This document shows, in pieces, positions 5,272 through 12,443 of a stretch of DNA of 14,083 nucleotides. This DNA is from Candidatus Krumholzibacteriia bacterium. Lineage in GTDB: Bacteria; Krumholzibacteriota; Krumholzibacteriia; LZORAL124-64-63. Positions within the stretch are counted from its first letter, which is position 1; every line of letters starts with the position of its first letter. The position numbers and the translations under genes were made by a program. The stretch covers positions 1 to 14,083 of the forward strand of contig JAZBOO010000329.1 of NCBI GenBank assembly GCA_036351155.1, read 5' to 3'. The notes under the pieces were generated by a model, which saw nothing but the letters and a program-made list of their open reading frames with translations, was not told where the DNA came from and did no database searches.

Positions 5272-7359
5272 TTATCCGGGCTTGGGTGCGGCCTCATCCA
5301 GCTGTGCCATCTCCAGGTCATGATCATAGCAATAGGTGCCACAGTTCAGGCACCGCGTGGCCTCGTATCGCGCATCTTCCTCGTCGATGGTGCCTTCCAC
5401 TTCCTTGAAGGTTCCCAGCCGATCCTCAAGGGTCACCACCGGTTCGTGGACCTTGGGCGTGGGCACCACTCCGACGATCGACTCGAACAGCGAGTCGGAA
5501 ATCATCTCCGTTTGCCGGTCTTCCACCGGCGGAATCGCCCCCTCCATCATCGTGTAGTGGATGGATCGCGCCACATAACGGCCGGCGCCGATGGCCTCGA
5601 CCATCAGCCCGGGCCCGGTGAAGCAATCGCCACAGGTGAAGATCCACGGGACATCGGTTTGCAGGGTGGATTCATCGGCGTCGATGGTGGTCCACCGCGT
5701 GACGGGCAATGCCGGCATACCTTCTTTTTCCAGGAAGTCCAGATTGGGCATCTGACCCACCGCCTCGACCACCAGGCTGCAGTCGATGACTTCCTCGCTG
5801 CCCTCCACCGGCACAGGGCGACGACGCCCACTGGGATCGGGCTCGCCCAGTTCCATGCGCTGAAGCTCCAGGCCCGTCACGTGCCCCTCGGCCGAGACAA
5901 TGCGGACCGGGGCACTGAGGAACCGGAACCGGATACCCTCCTCCTCGGCCGCCACGATTTCGGCGGGATTGGCGGGCATCTCGTCACGCGACCGGCGGTA
6001 CACGATGGTCACTTCCTCGGCGCCGGACCGCAGCGAGGTGCGCGCCGCGTCGATGGCCGTGTTACCGCCGCCGATCACCGCCACTTTCCCCGCCACCGGA
6101 ATGGGCTCGTCGTGATGATACCGTTCCAGGAAGGTGATCCCGCTGACCATACCCTTCAAGCCCTCTTCGCCCAGGCCCAGGCCCCGGTCGGCCCAGGCCC
6201 CCACGGCCAGAAGCACGGCGTCGAAGCCATCAGCATGCAGGAATTCCAGGGTGAAGTCCCGCCCCAGAGCCACATTCGTGGTGGCCTCGATGCCCAGATC
6301 CAGAATACCCTGGATCTCCCAGTCCAGGATCTTCTTGGGCAAGCGGTACTCGGGAATGCCGTACCGGAGCATGCCTCCCAGGGCCGGCATCTTCTCGAAG
6401 ATGGCCACCTCATGGCCCAGCCGGCGCAGGTAGTAGGCCGCGCTCAATCCCCCCGGGCCGCCGCCGATGATCGCCACCCGCTTGCCCGTGTCCGGCGCCA
6501 CCGGGATGTGCAGACGCCCATGGTCCATCTCCCAGTCGGCCGCAAAGCGCTTCAGGTAGTTGATCGCCACCGGTTCATCGCCAATTTTCCGGCGACAGGC
6601 CAGTGCGCAGGGCTCGGGACACACCCGGCCCGTGCTCAGCGGCAGCGGATTGCTCTCCTTGACCGTCAACAGCGCCTCGGCATACTCACCATGCTTGATG
6701 TGCTCGATGTACTTGGGCACGTTGACCTGGGCTGGACACTTCTGCCGGCACGGCGCCAGACAATCGGTGTAACGGTTCCAGTGCAGGATCTTGGTCGTTT
6801 CCGAGATGATGGTGATGATCCCCTTGGGACAGGCCCGCGCACAGGCCCCACAGCCGATGCACCGCAGCGGATCAAACACCGGCAGCCCCTCGGGCCCCAT
6901 GGTGATGGCCCCGAAGGCACAGGCCCGTACACAGGTGCCCAGGCCCAGGCATCCGTGATCACAGCGCAAGGGCCCCTGGTAAAGCAACACCGCCGCCCGA
7001 CAATCGTCGAAACCCGAGTACTCGAATTTCTTGGTGGCACGCAATCCGCCCTGACAGTCCGGGCAGGCGATCTGGGGTTCGGTGCCGGACAGCTCCATGC
7101 CCAGGTAGGAGGCCACCGCCGTCGCCGTTTCCGTTTGCCCCACCACACAGGCATTCGGTTCGGCCTGACCCGTGACGATGGCCTCCGCACAGGCGGCGCA
7201 GCCCGCATAACCGCACCCCCCGCAATTGGCCCCGGGCAAAAGGTCGGTCACACCTTTCAGCCGGGGATCCTCATCGACGTGGAACACTCGAGCGGCCACG
7301 CCCAAGCCCACGGCCGCCACCGCGGCTAACCCACCCATGACTGCGGCCGGAATCCACAT
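5272..7359 (-). CDS. rnfB: RnfB fused to a GltD/NfnB-like FAD- and NADP(H)-dependent Fe-S oxidoreductase, 695 aa
   Basis: AAGGAG RBS. N-terminal TM helix, RnfB motif LLPGANCGGCGYAGCAACAEAI...CVVG, and ferredoxin motifs CLGLGTCVRAC and CIGCGACARACP. These are followed by APCRQKCPA...GRVCPEPCALACRR, the FAD site VAIIGGGPGG, GGMLRYGIPEYRLP, a second Rossmann fold VIGGGNTAIDAAR...VYRR, GDCFTGP and C-terminal EATRCLNCG. Confidence 0.92.
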   Translation of the reverse strand: MWIPAAVMGGLAAVAAVGLGVAARVFHVDEDPRLKGVTDLLPGANCGGCGYAGCAACAEAIVTGQAEPNACVVGQTETATAVASYLGMELSGTEPQIACPDCQGGLRATKKFEYSGFDDCRAAVLLYQGPLRCDHGCLGLGTCVRACAFGAITMGPEGLPVFDPLRCIGCGACARACPKGIITIISETTKILHWNRYTDCLAPCRQKCPAQVNVPKYIEHIKHGEYAEALLTVKESNPLPLSTGRVCPEPCALACRRKIGDEPVAINYLKRFAADWEMDHGRLHIPVAPDTGKRVAIIGGGPGGLSAAYYLRRLGHEVAIFEKMPALGGMLRYGIPEYRLPKKILDWEIQGILDLGIEATTNVALGRDFTLEFLHADGFDAVLLAVGAWADRGLGLGEEGLKGMVSGITFLERYHHDEPIPVAGKVAVIGGGNTAIDAARTSLRSGAEEVTIVYRRSRDEMPANPAEIVAAEEEGIRFRFLSAPVRIVSAEGHVTGLELQRMELGEPDPSGRRRPVPVEGSEEVIDCSLVVEAVGQMPNLDFLEKEGMPALPVTRWTTIDADESTLQTDVPWIFTCGDCFTGPGLMVEAIGAGRYVARSIHYTMMEGAIPPVEDRQTEMISDSLFESIVGVVPTPKVHEPVVTLEDRLGTFKEVEGTIDEEDARYEATRCLNCGTYCYDHDLEMAQLDEAAPKPG

Positions 7360-7373
7360 CTCGATCTCCTTTT

Positions 7374-7949
7374 CTACTGTCCCATACCTGCAAAGCCCAG
7401 GAACGCCAGCGACATGACCCCCGCCGTGACCAGGGCCACCGCGGTTCCCCGCATGGCCACCGGCACCGGCGACAGGAATAGCCTTTCACGCACCCCGGCA
7501 AAAAGCAGAATGGCCAGGGCAAACCCGGCCGCGCTGGCTGCGGAAAACACCGTGGTTTCCAGCAGGCCGTGGTCGTACTTGATGTTCAAAAGTGCAATAC
7601 CCATCACGGCGCAGTTGGTCGTGATCAAGGGCAGGTAAATGCCCAGGGAGTCGTACAGAGCGCGGCTCTGCTTCTTCAGGAAAATTTCCACCAGCTGCAC
7701 CAGGGCCGCGATCACAAGGATGAACACCAGCGTCTTCATGTACTCCAGATCCAGCGGCAACAGAAGGTGGTGATACACCAGCCAGGTGATCACCGAGGCC
7801 AGGGTGGCCACGAAGGTCACCGCCGCTCCCATTCCGCCGGCGGTACCCAGTTTTTTCGACACTCCGCAAAAGGGACAGTTGCCCAGGTACTGCGCCAGCA
7901 GGATGTTGTTCACGAAGATCGCGCCGATCACCATCATCAGGATGCTCAT
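7374..7949 (-). CDS. rnfA: Rnf complex membrane subunit A, 191 aa
   Basis: IFVNNILLAQYLGNCPF, LVIAALVQLVE, LGIYLPLITTNCAVMG and LFAGVRERL are RnfA signatures. Both conserved Cys are present. Confidence 0.96.
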   Translation of the reverse strand: MSILMMVIGAIFVNNILLAQYLGNCPFCGVSKKLGTAGGMGAAVTFVATLASVITWLVYHHLLLPLDLEYMKTLVFILVIAALVQLVEIFLKKQSRALYDSLGIYLPLITTNCAVMGIALLNIKYDHGLLETTVFSAASAAGFALAILLFAGVRERLFLSPVPVAMRGTAVALVTAGVMSLAFLGFAGMGQ

Positions 7950-7961
7950 GGCCCACGCCCT

Positions 7962-8573
7962 CTAGGTTTGAATGAAAATTTCCCCGCGCCTTCTGCTCCA
8001 GGCATTCATCAAGCCCAGCAGAATACCCAGACACAGGAAGGCCCCCGGCGCCTGAACCATCAGGCCGAACGGCTCGAAGCTTTCGCCGAACACCGACATG
8101 CCGAACCAGGTGCCCGACCCCAGGATCTCGCGCAACGATCCCACCAGGCCCAGAGAGATGGTGAATCCCAGCCCCACGCTGATGCCGTCGGCCATGGAAA
8201 TCAGCACCGGGTTGCGGGCGGCGAATGCCTCGGCGCGGCCCAGAATGATGCAGTTCACCACGATCAACGGAATGTAGATGCCCAGCTTCTGAGACAGGGG
8301 GAAGAAGAAGGCCTTCATGACCATCTCGACCAGCACCACCAGCGTGGCGATGACCACGATGTAGCTGGCAATGCGCACCTTGTCCGGGATCACCTTGCGC
8401 AGCAGGGAGATGAACATGTTGCTGAACACCAGCACGAAGGTGACGGCCAGCCCCATGCCCAGTCCGTTTTCCGCAGCCGAGGTCACCGCCAGTGAGGGGC
8501 ACAGCCCCAGCACCAGCCGGAAGGGCGGCAAGTCGCGCCAGAAACCGTGGGTCAACGCCTGACGGAAATTCAT
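7962..8573 (-). CDS. rnfE: Rnf complex membrane subunit E, 203 aa
   Basis: LVLGLCPSLAVT, ISLLRKVIPDKVRI, LGIYIPLIVVNCIILGRAEAFA, REILGSGT and APGAFL. Both conserved Cys are present. Confidence 0.96.
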   Translation of the reverse strand: MNFRQALTHGFWRDLPPFRLVLGLCPSLAVTSAAENGLGMGLAVTFVLVFSNMFISLLRKVIPDKVRIASYIVVIATLVVLVEMVMKAFFFPLSQKLGIYIPLIVVNCIILGRAEAFAARNPVLISMADGISVGLGFTISLGLVGSLREILGSGTWFGMSVFGESFEPFGLMVQAPGAFLCLGILLGLMNAWSRRRGEIFIQT

Positions 8574-9187
8574 GGCAACACCTCCGGCCCGGCCTGATCG
8601 GGAATGGCCGCAATCAGGGCCAGGATTTCTTCCTGGTGTTCCTTGATCAAGGCGGTCACCTGGTTGGTCCCGTCCACCATGGCCCGGGAAGAGAACGTGG
8701 CGCCGGTGATGGCATCGATGGCTCCCCCCTCGCCTCGCAACGCGGTCGCCTCATTGGCCGACAAGCCCTGCCACTGCTGACGGAATGCTTCCTTTTCCAC
8801 CTGGGCACCCACGCCCGGTGTTTCGCCATGGGACACGATTTCCACTCCCAGCATCTGGTTGCGGGCCCGATCCAGCCCGATCATGATCACGATGTCGCCG
8901 GCGTACCCGCCGTGGCCGGGAGCCTCGACGGCCAGTCCCGACACCTCGCCGTTTTCCCGGGTGAAGAAGACCGGGTAGGATACCCCTCCCATGTCCACCA
9001 TCACCTTGTTGTTCAGCAGCTGAGCGGCCGGCCGCCCGAACAGGCGTTCCAGGGCCGGCCCCCGGACGTAGAAGTCGCTTTGCTGCTCGATCCGCAACGC
9101 CAGGGCATCACGGACCCAGGCCAGAGCTCCGGCGCTGACCGAACAGATCACCACCAGCACCAGGACCAGTCGGCCGATCTCACGCAT
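8570..9187 (-). CDS. rnfG: Rnf complex subunit G (FMN-binding), 205 aa
   Basis: N-terminal TM (LVLVLVVICSVSAGALAWV), GYAGDIVIMIG, HGETPGVGAQV and an intact flavinylation motif IDAITGATFSSRAM. Confidence 0.95.
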   Translation of the reverse strand: MREIGRLVLVLVVICSVSAGALAWVRDALALRIEQQSDFYVRGPALERLFGRPAAQLLNNKVMVDMGGVSYPVFFTRENGEVSGLAVEAPGHGGYAGDIVIMIGLDRARNQMLGVEIVSHGETPGVGAQVEKEAFRQQWQGLSANEATALRGEGGAIDAITGATFSSRAMVDGTNQVTALIKEHQEEILALIAAIPDQAGPEVLP

Positions 9188-10163
9188 CGCGATCCTCCTC
9201 CTTCAAACCCGCCACCCTGGGCACCACCCGGTCCAGCAGGGGCGCGCACAGATTGATCAGCAACACCGCGAACACCGCGCCGTCGATATGAATGGAAAAA
9301 GCACGGATCAAGACCAGCAGGATGCCCCCCAGCAGACCATAGAAGAGCATGGGCCAGCGGTTGACGGGCGAGTTGGTGTGTTCCGGGGCCAGAAAAAACG
9401 CCGCCAGCATGGTGTTGCCCGCCAGCAGCTGAAAGACCGGCGAGCCGGTGCGGCCCGGTGCCGTCCACTCCAGCAACCAGGCACACAGCATCACGCCGGC
9501 CAGGAAACCCAGGGGCACCTGCCAGGGGATTTCCCGGGTCACCAGCAACAGCAACCCGCCCAGTGCCAGCCACAGGACCATGCCTGCGCCCGTGCCCGCC
9601 ACCTGATGTCCCAGCAGCAGGTCCAGCTGGTCGTACGAGGCCATCGCCTCGGCCCCCAGGGTCTTGACCAGGCGCAGGGGCTCGACCATGGTCGATGTCC
9701 ACGGAGCCCAGGCCAGCGAAGCGGTCAGATCCAGCCGCGCGGGCCACGACACCGCCAGCATGGCGTAAGCCAGAGCCACCGGGTGCACCGGATGCGCACC
9801 CCATCCCCCGAACAAGCGCTTGCCGATCACGATGGTCAGCAGACAGCCGATGACCACCAGCCACCAGGGCGCATTGACGGGCAGCAGCATGGCCAGCAGC
9901 AGGCCCATGACTGCGCTGCTCAGGTTGCCGGTTTCATCGCGTGACGGGAGCAGCCTCCCGGTCACCGCATCCAATGCCACAGACACGCCCACGGCCAGGG
10001 TCATGACCCTCAAGGCGTACCAGCCGTACACCCACACACTGGCCACGGCCGCCGGGGCCAGGGCCAGCAGCCACAGCAGCTGCATGCGCAGGAGGGTGCC
10101 CCCTCCCCGCAGGTGCGGATTGGCAGCCACATTCAGCAGACGGGGACTTGCCGCTTGATTCAT
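9180..10163 (-). CDS. rnfD: Rnf complex membrane subunit D, divergent, 327 aa
   Basis: AGGAGG RBS; ATG 10163 overlaps the rnfC stop (ATGA). Motifs ANPHLR, SSAVMGLLLAMLLP, IGKRLFGGWG, AFFLAPEHTNSP and DGAVFAVLLINLCAPLLDR; lies between rnfC and rnfG. The usual (S/T)GATPL is replaced by TMVEPL. Confidence 0.9.
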   Translation of the reverse strand: MNQAASPRLLNVAANPHLRGGGTLLRMQLLWLLALAPAAVASVWVYGWYALRVMTLAVGVSVALDAVTGRLLPSRDETGNLSSAVMGLLLAMLLPVNAPWWLVVIGCLLTIVIGKRLFGGWGAHPVHPVALAYAMLAVSWPARLDLTASLAWAPWTSTMVEPLRLVKTLGAEAMASYDQLDLLLGHQVAGTGAGMVLWLALGGLLLLVTREIPWQVPLGFLAGVMLCAWLLEWTAPGRTGSPVFQLLAGNTMLAAFFLAPEHTNSPVNRWPMLFYGLLGGILLVLIRAFSIHIDGAVFAVLLINLCAPLLDRVVPRVAGLKEEDRDA

Positions 10164-11431
10164 GCCGACCTCCTGGCGTGCATGCGAGCCAGCTTGACCA
10201 GCTGCACCAGAGGGCGTCCCGCCGGGCAGACAAAGGCGCAGAGACCACATTCAAAGCACGCTTCGGGGTGATGGTTCAGAGCCTCGTTGAGCTGGTCGAA
10301 CTCGGCGCAACGGCCAATCAGGTGGACCTGAAGATGGACCGGGCAGGCCCGGACACAGCGGCCACAATTGACACAGATCCGATTGACCTCGGCGGGGATA
10401 TGCGCCTCGGGCAGCAAGTGGATGCCGTGCTGAAACTTGTCCACCGGGGTTTCGTCGGTGAAGAGCGCCACTCCGCGCATGGGACCGCCGGCCAGCACGC
10501 GGCCCGCCTCCTGGATGTCCAGGCCCACGGCGGCCAGCACATCCCTCACCTTGGTTCCCAGGGGCACACGCACCGTCACCGGACGCGGCGCCCCGACGCC
10601 GGAAATCGTCAAGGTCTTGCGGACCATGGGGCGACCTTCTTGGGCATCGTGGGCCGCCATCACGGCCTCGGCGGTCATCACGCCCACCCCCCGCGAGGTG
10701 TAGGGCGTGCGACCCGGCACGGTGACTCCCGTCAGCTTGGCCACCAGTGTGCGATCCAATCGATGGCGATACTGCTCCGACACCGGCAGCAGGTTCAGTT
10801 CAGGCCCGAGGTTTTCCTGGGCCCAGTCGATCAGGTGCTGGGGCACGGTCATCGCGATGGTTGCCCCGGGCGCCAGATCCCGCAGCAACCGCAACCCCTT
10901 GATCAAGGCCGGGGTCCGCTCCTGGATCAGGAGTTCCTGCACGTGCTGGGTGGGCTCCACGTCATGACCCAGGACCACCAGGTGTTGAAACACCTTCGCG
11001 GTCGGATCATCGTCTGTGGTCGTCCAGGGTGAAACCACTCCGCCGGCCCTGAGGAGCTGAAGACGAGTGGCCCGTCCCTGAGCCCGGGCGCACTCCGGAT
11101 CGGGAGGCGAGTCCTCCGACTTCAGTCCATCGGCCTTGCGGATCACCACCGCGGCCACGTGGTCTCCCGCCGCCGTCCACACCCGCTGAATTTCCTGGAC
11201 CGTCCCCGCCATGGAGGCATGGACACTGATCCCCCCTTCGGCCTGACCGATCACCTGATGGCGCCTCACCTTGTCACCCGCCTGAACCACCGGCGGTAGA
11301 ACCAGCCCCTGGCGAAACTCGAGGGGTATGACCACCTCGTCCGGGTCGGGAATGTCCCGTATGCCCGGCTCACTGGCGGTGGGCACGGGAACACGGGCGG
11401 CCGGGGTGCGGAAAACGTCGAGTATGTTCAT
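10160..11431 (-). CDS. rnfC: Rnf complex subunit C, divergent, 423 aa
   Basis: AGAGG RBS before ATG 11431. N-terminal barrel-sandwich VQAGDKVRRHQVIG...VHASMAGTV, SLBB region VRVPLGTKVRDVL...AGGPMRG, and two [4Fe-4S] motifs CVNCGRCVRACP and CFECGLCAFVCPA. The central FMN/NADH motifs are degenerate. Confidence 0.88.
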   Translation of the reverse strand: MNILDVFRTPAARVPVPTASEPGIRDIPDPDEVVIPLEFRQGLVLPPVVQAGDKVRRHQVIGQAEGGISVHASMAGTVQEIQRVWTAAGDHVAAVVIRKADGLKSEDSPPDPECARAQGRATRLQLLRAGGVVSPWTTTDDDPTAKVFQHLVVLGHDVEPTQHVQELLIQERTPALIKGLRLLRDLAPGATIAMTVPQHLIDWAQENLGPELNLLPVSEQYRHRLDRTLVAKLTGVTVPGRTPYTSRGVGVMTAEAVMAAHDAQEGRPMVRKTLTISGVGAPRPVTVRVPLGTKVRDVLAAVGLDIQEAGRVLAGGPMRGVALFTDETPVDKFQHGIHLLPEAHIPAEVNRICVNCGRCVRACPVHLQVHLIGRCAEFDQLNEALNHHPEACFECGLCAFVCPAGRPLVQLVKLARMHARRSA

Positions 11432-11445
11432 GGTCCTCTCTGTCC

Positions 11446-11937
11446 TCATTTCAGGTGGCAAACCGCACAGCGGGCATCGCCGGAAGATTCGGCAAATCGC
11501 GCCGGGTCCGTGACCAGATGGCAGGCGTTGCAGGCCAGGTGATAAATGTGAGCCGCTTCCTCGGCGTGGCATTCCCGGCAGGAGGCAGCCTCCTCGTCCG
11601 GGGCTATTTCATGGCAGGTGTCACACGCACGCTCGTGGAACTCGAGCAGCTCCTCGTGGCTGGCCGCCTCGGGGGTGTACTCCTCGTCATCATGGCAATC
11701 CAGACAATCGGCCACCGCTCCGGCCAGCTCGTGGTGACAATTCACACACCCCACGGCCGCCTCACCGTGACGCGCATGTTCGAACAGAACCGGCCCGCCA
11801 TCGCTGGTCAGATAGAATCGGGTGCTGTCCTGCACCGGCATCCCGCGCAGGTAGCCGGTCACACCCAGCCCCACACCCACCAGCACCACCACGGCCAATC
11901 CCACAATCCCCCGCTTACTGGTCCGTTGACGCCTCAT
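11446..11937 (-). CDS. Exported or membrane-anchored multiheme cytochrome c (class III/c3-like), six CxxCH motifs, 163 aa
   Basis: Basic N-terminus plus a hydrophobic helix; c3-like GPVLFEHARH. Heme motifs CVNCH, CLDCH, CDTCH, CRECH, CNACH and CAVCH. GGAG RBS; starts 4 nt after the upstream stop. Confidence 0.92.
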   Translation of the reverse strand: MRRQRTSKRGIVGLAVVVLVGVGLGVTGYLRGMPVQDSTRFYLTSDGGPVLFEHARHGEAAVGCVNCHHELAGAVADCLDCHDDEEYTPEAASHEELLEFHERACDTCHEIAPDEEAASCRECHAEEAAHIYHLACNACHLVTDPARFAESSGDARCAVCHLK

Positions 11938-11941
11938 GCGT

Positions 11942-12415
11942 TCACCACTCCATGCTTTCGTCCAGAATCATCCGGTGTTCGTCGTCCGGGTCGATGCAAT
12001 GCCAGGGACAACCCTGACGCATGCAGAAATAGAAGGGGACCCGCACCGTGGAAATGCCGACCATCATGCAGGCCACATGCGCATCACCCAGCTCGCACTT
12101 CCGCCCTTCCACCTTCAACGAGGCCTCGCAGGCGCTGCAACGCAGGTCGGCCACCTCCTTGCCGTCGGGCAGATGGATGTCGCTGCGGCGCTCGAACACA
12201 TTCAGATAAGGGCTGAGTTCGACCCATCCGACGCGCCCCTCCAGAGTGGTGCTGGCCAGGTGAATCATGTTGTCCTTGATGAGACTTTCCCCGCAGTGTG
12301 GGCAGAAACAGCTCAGGTACGATCCCGACTTCAGAACCGTCCGGTCGTTGTACCGGTGCTGCCGCCAGACCGCCTCTTCCCAGCCTTTTTTACCTTTCTG
12401 ACCATCCCTCCGCAT
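11942..12415 (-). CDS. Cys-rich hypothetical protein (putative Zn/Fe-binding), 157 aa
   Basis: GAGGTG RBS before ATG 12415 (track ORF starts at 12478, overlapping the upstream gene). Motifs CFCPHC, CSAC, KCELG and FCMRQGCPWHC. No signal peptide and no CxxCH. Confidence 0.75.
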   Translation of the reverse strand: MRRDGQKGKKGWEEAVWRQHRYNDRTVLKSGSYLSCFCPHCGESLIKDNMIHLASTTLEGRVGWVELSPYLNVFERRSDIHLPDGKEVADLRCSACEASLKVEGRKCELGDAHVACMMVGISTVRVPFYFCMRQGCPWHCIDPDDEHRMILDESMEW

Positions 12416-12443
12416 CAGACACCTCGTTTCTTCAGGATTGGGT

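Noticed and set aside
5320..7329. 669-aa plus-strand ORF, and similar long antisense ORFs (2527..3696, 7569..8495, 10148..11032, 12438..13454)
   Set aside because: They lie antisense to well-supported genes and have no recognisable motifs; such shadow ORFs are expected in GC-rich coding DNA.
11432..11572. Longer starts for rnfC (11572), rnfD (10250), the ABM gene (1180) and the Cys-rich gene (12478)
   Set aside because: They overlap upstream genes; downstream ATGs have clear RBSs and fit operon spacing.
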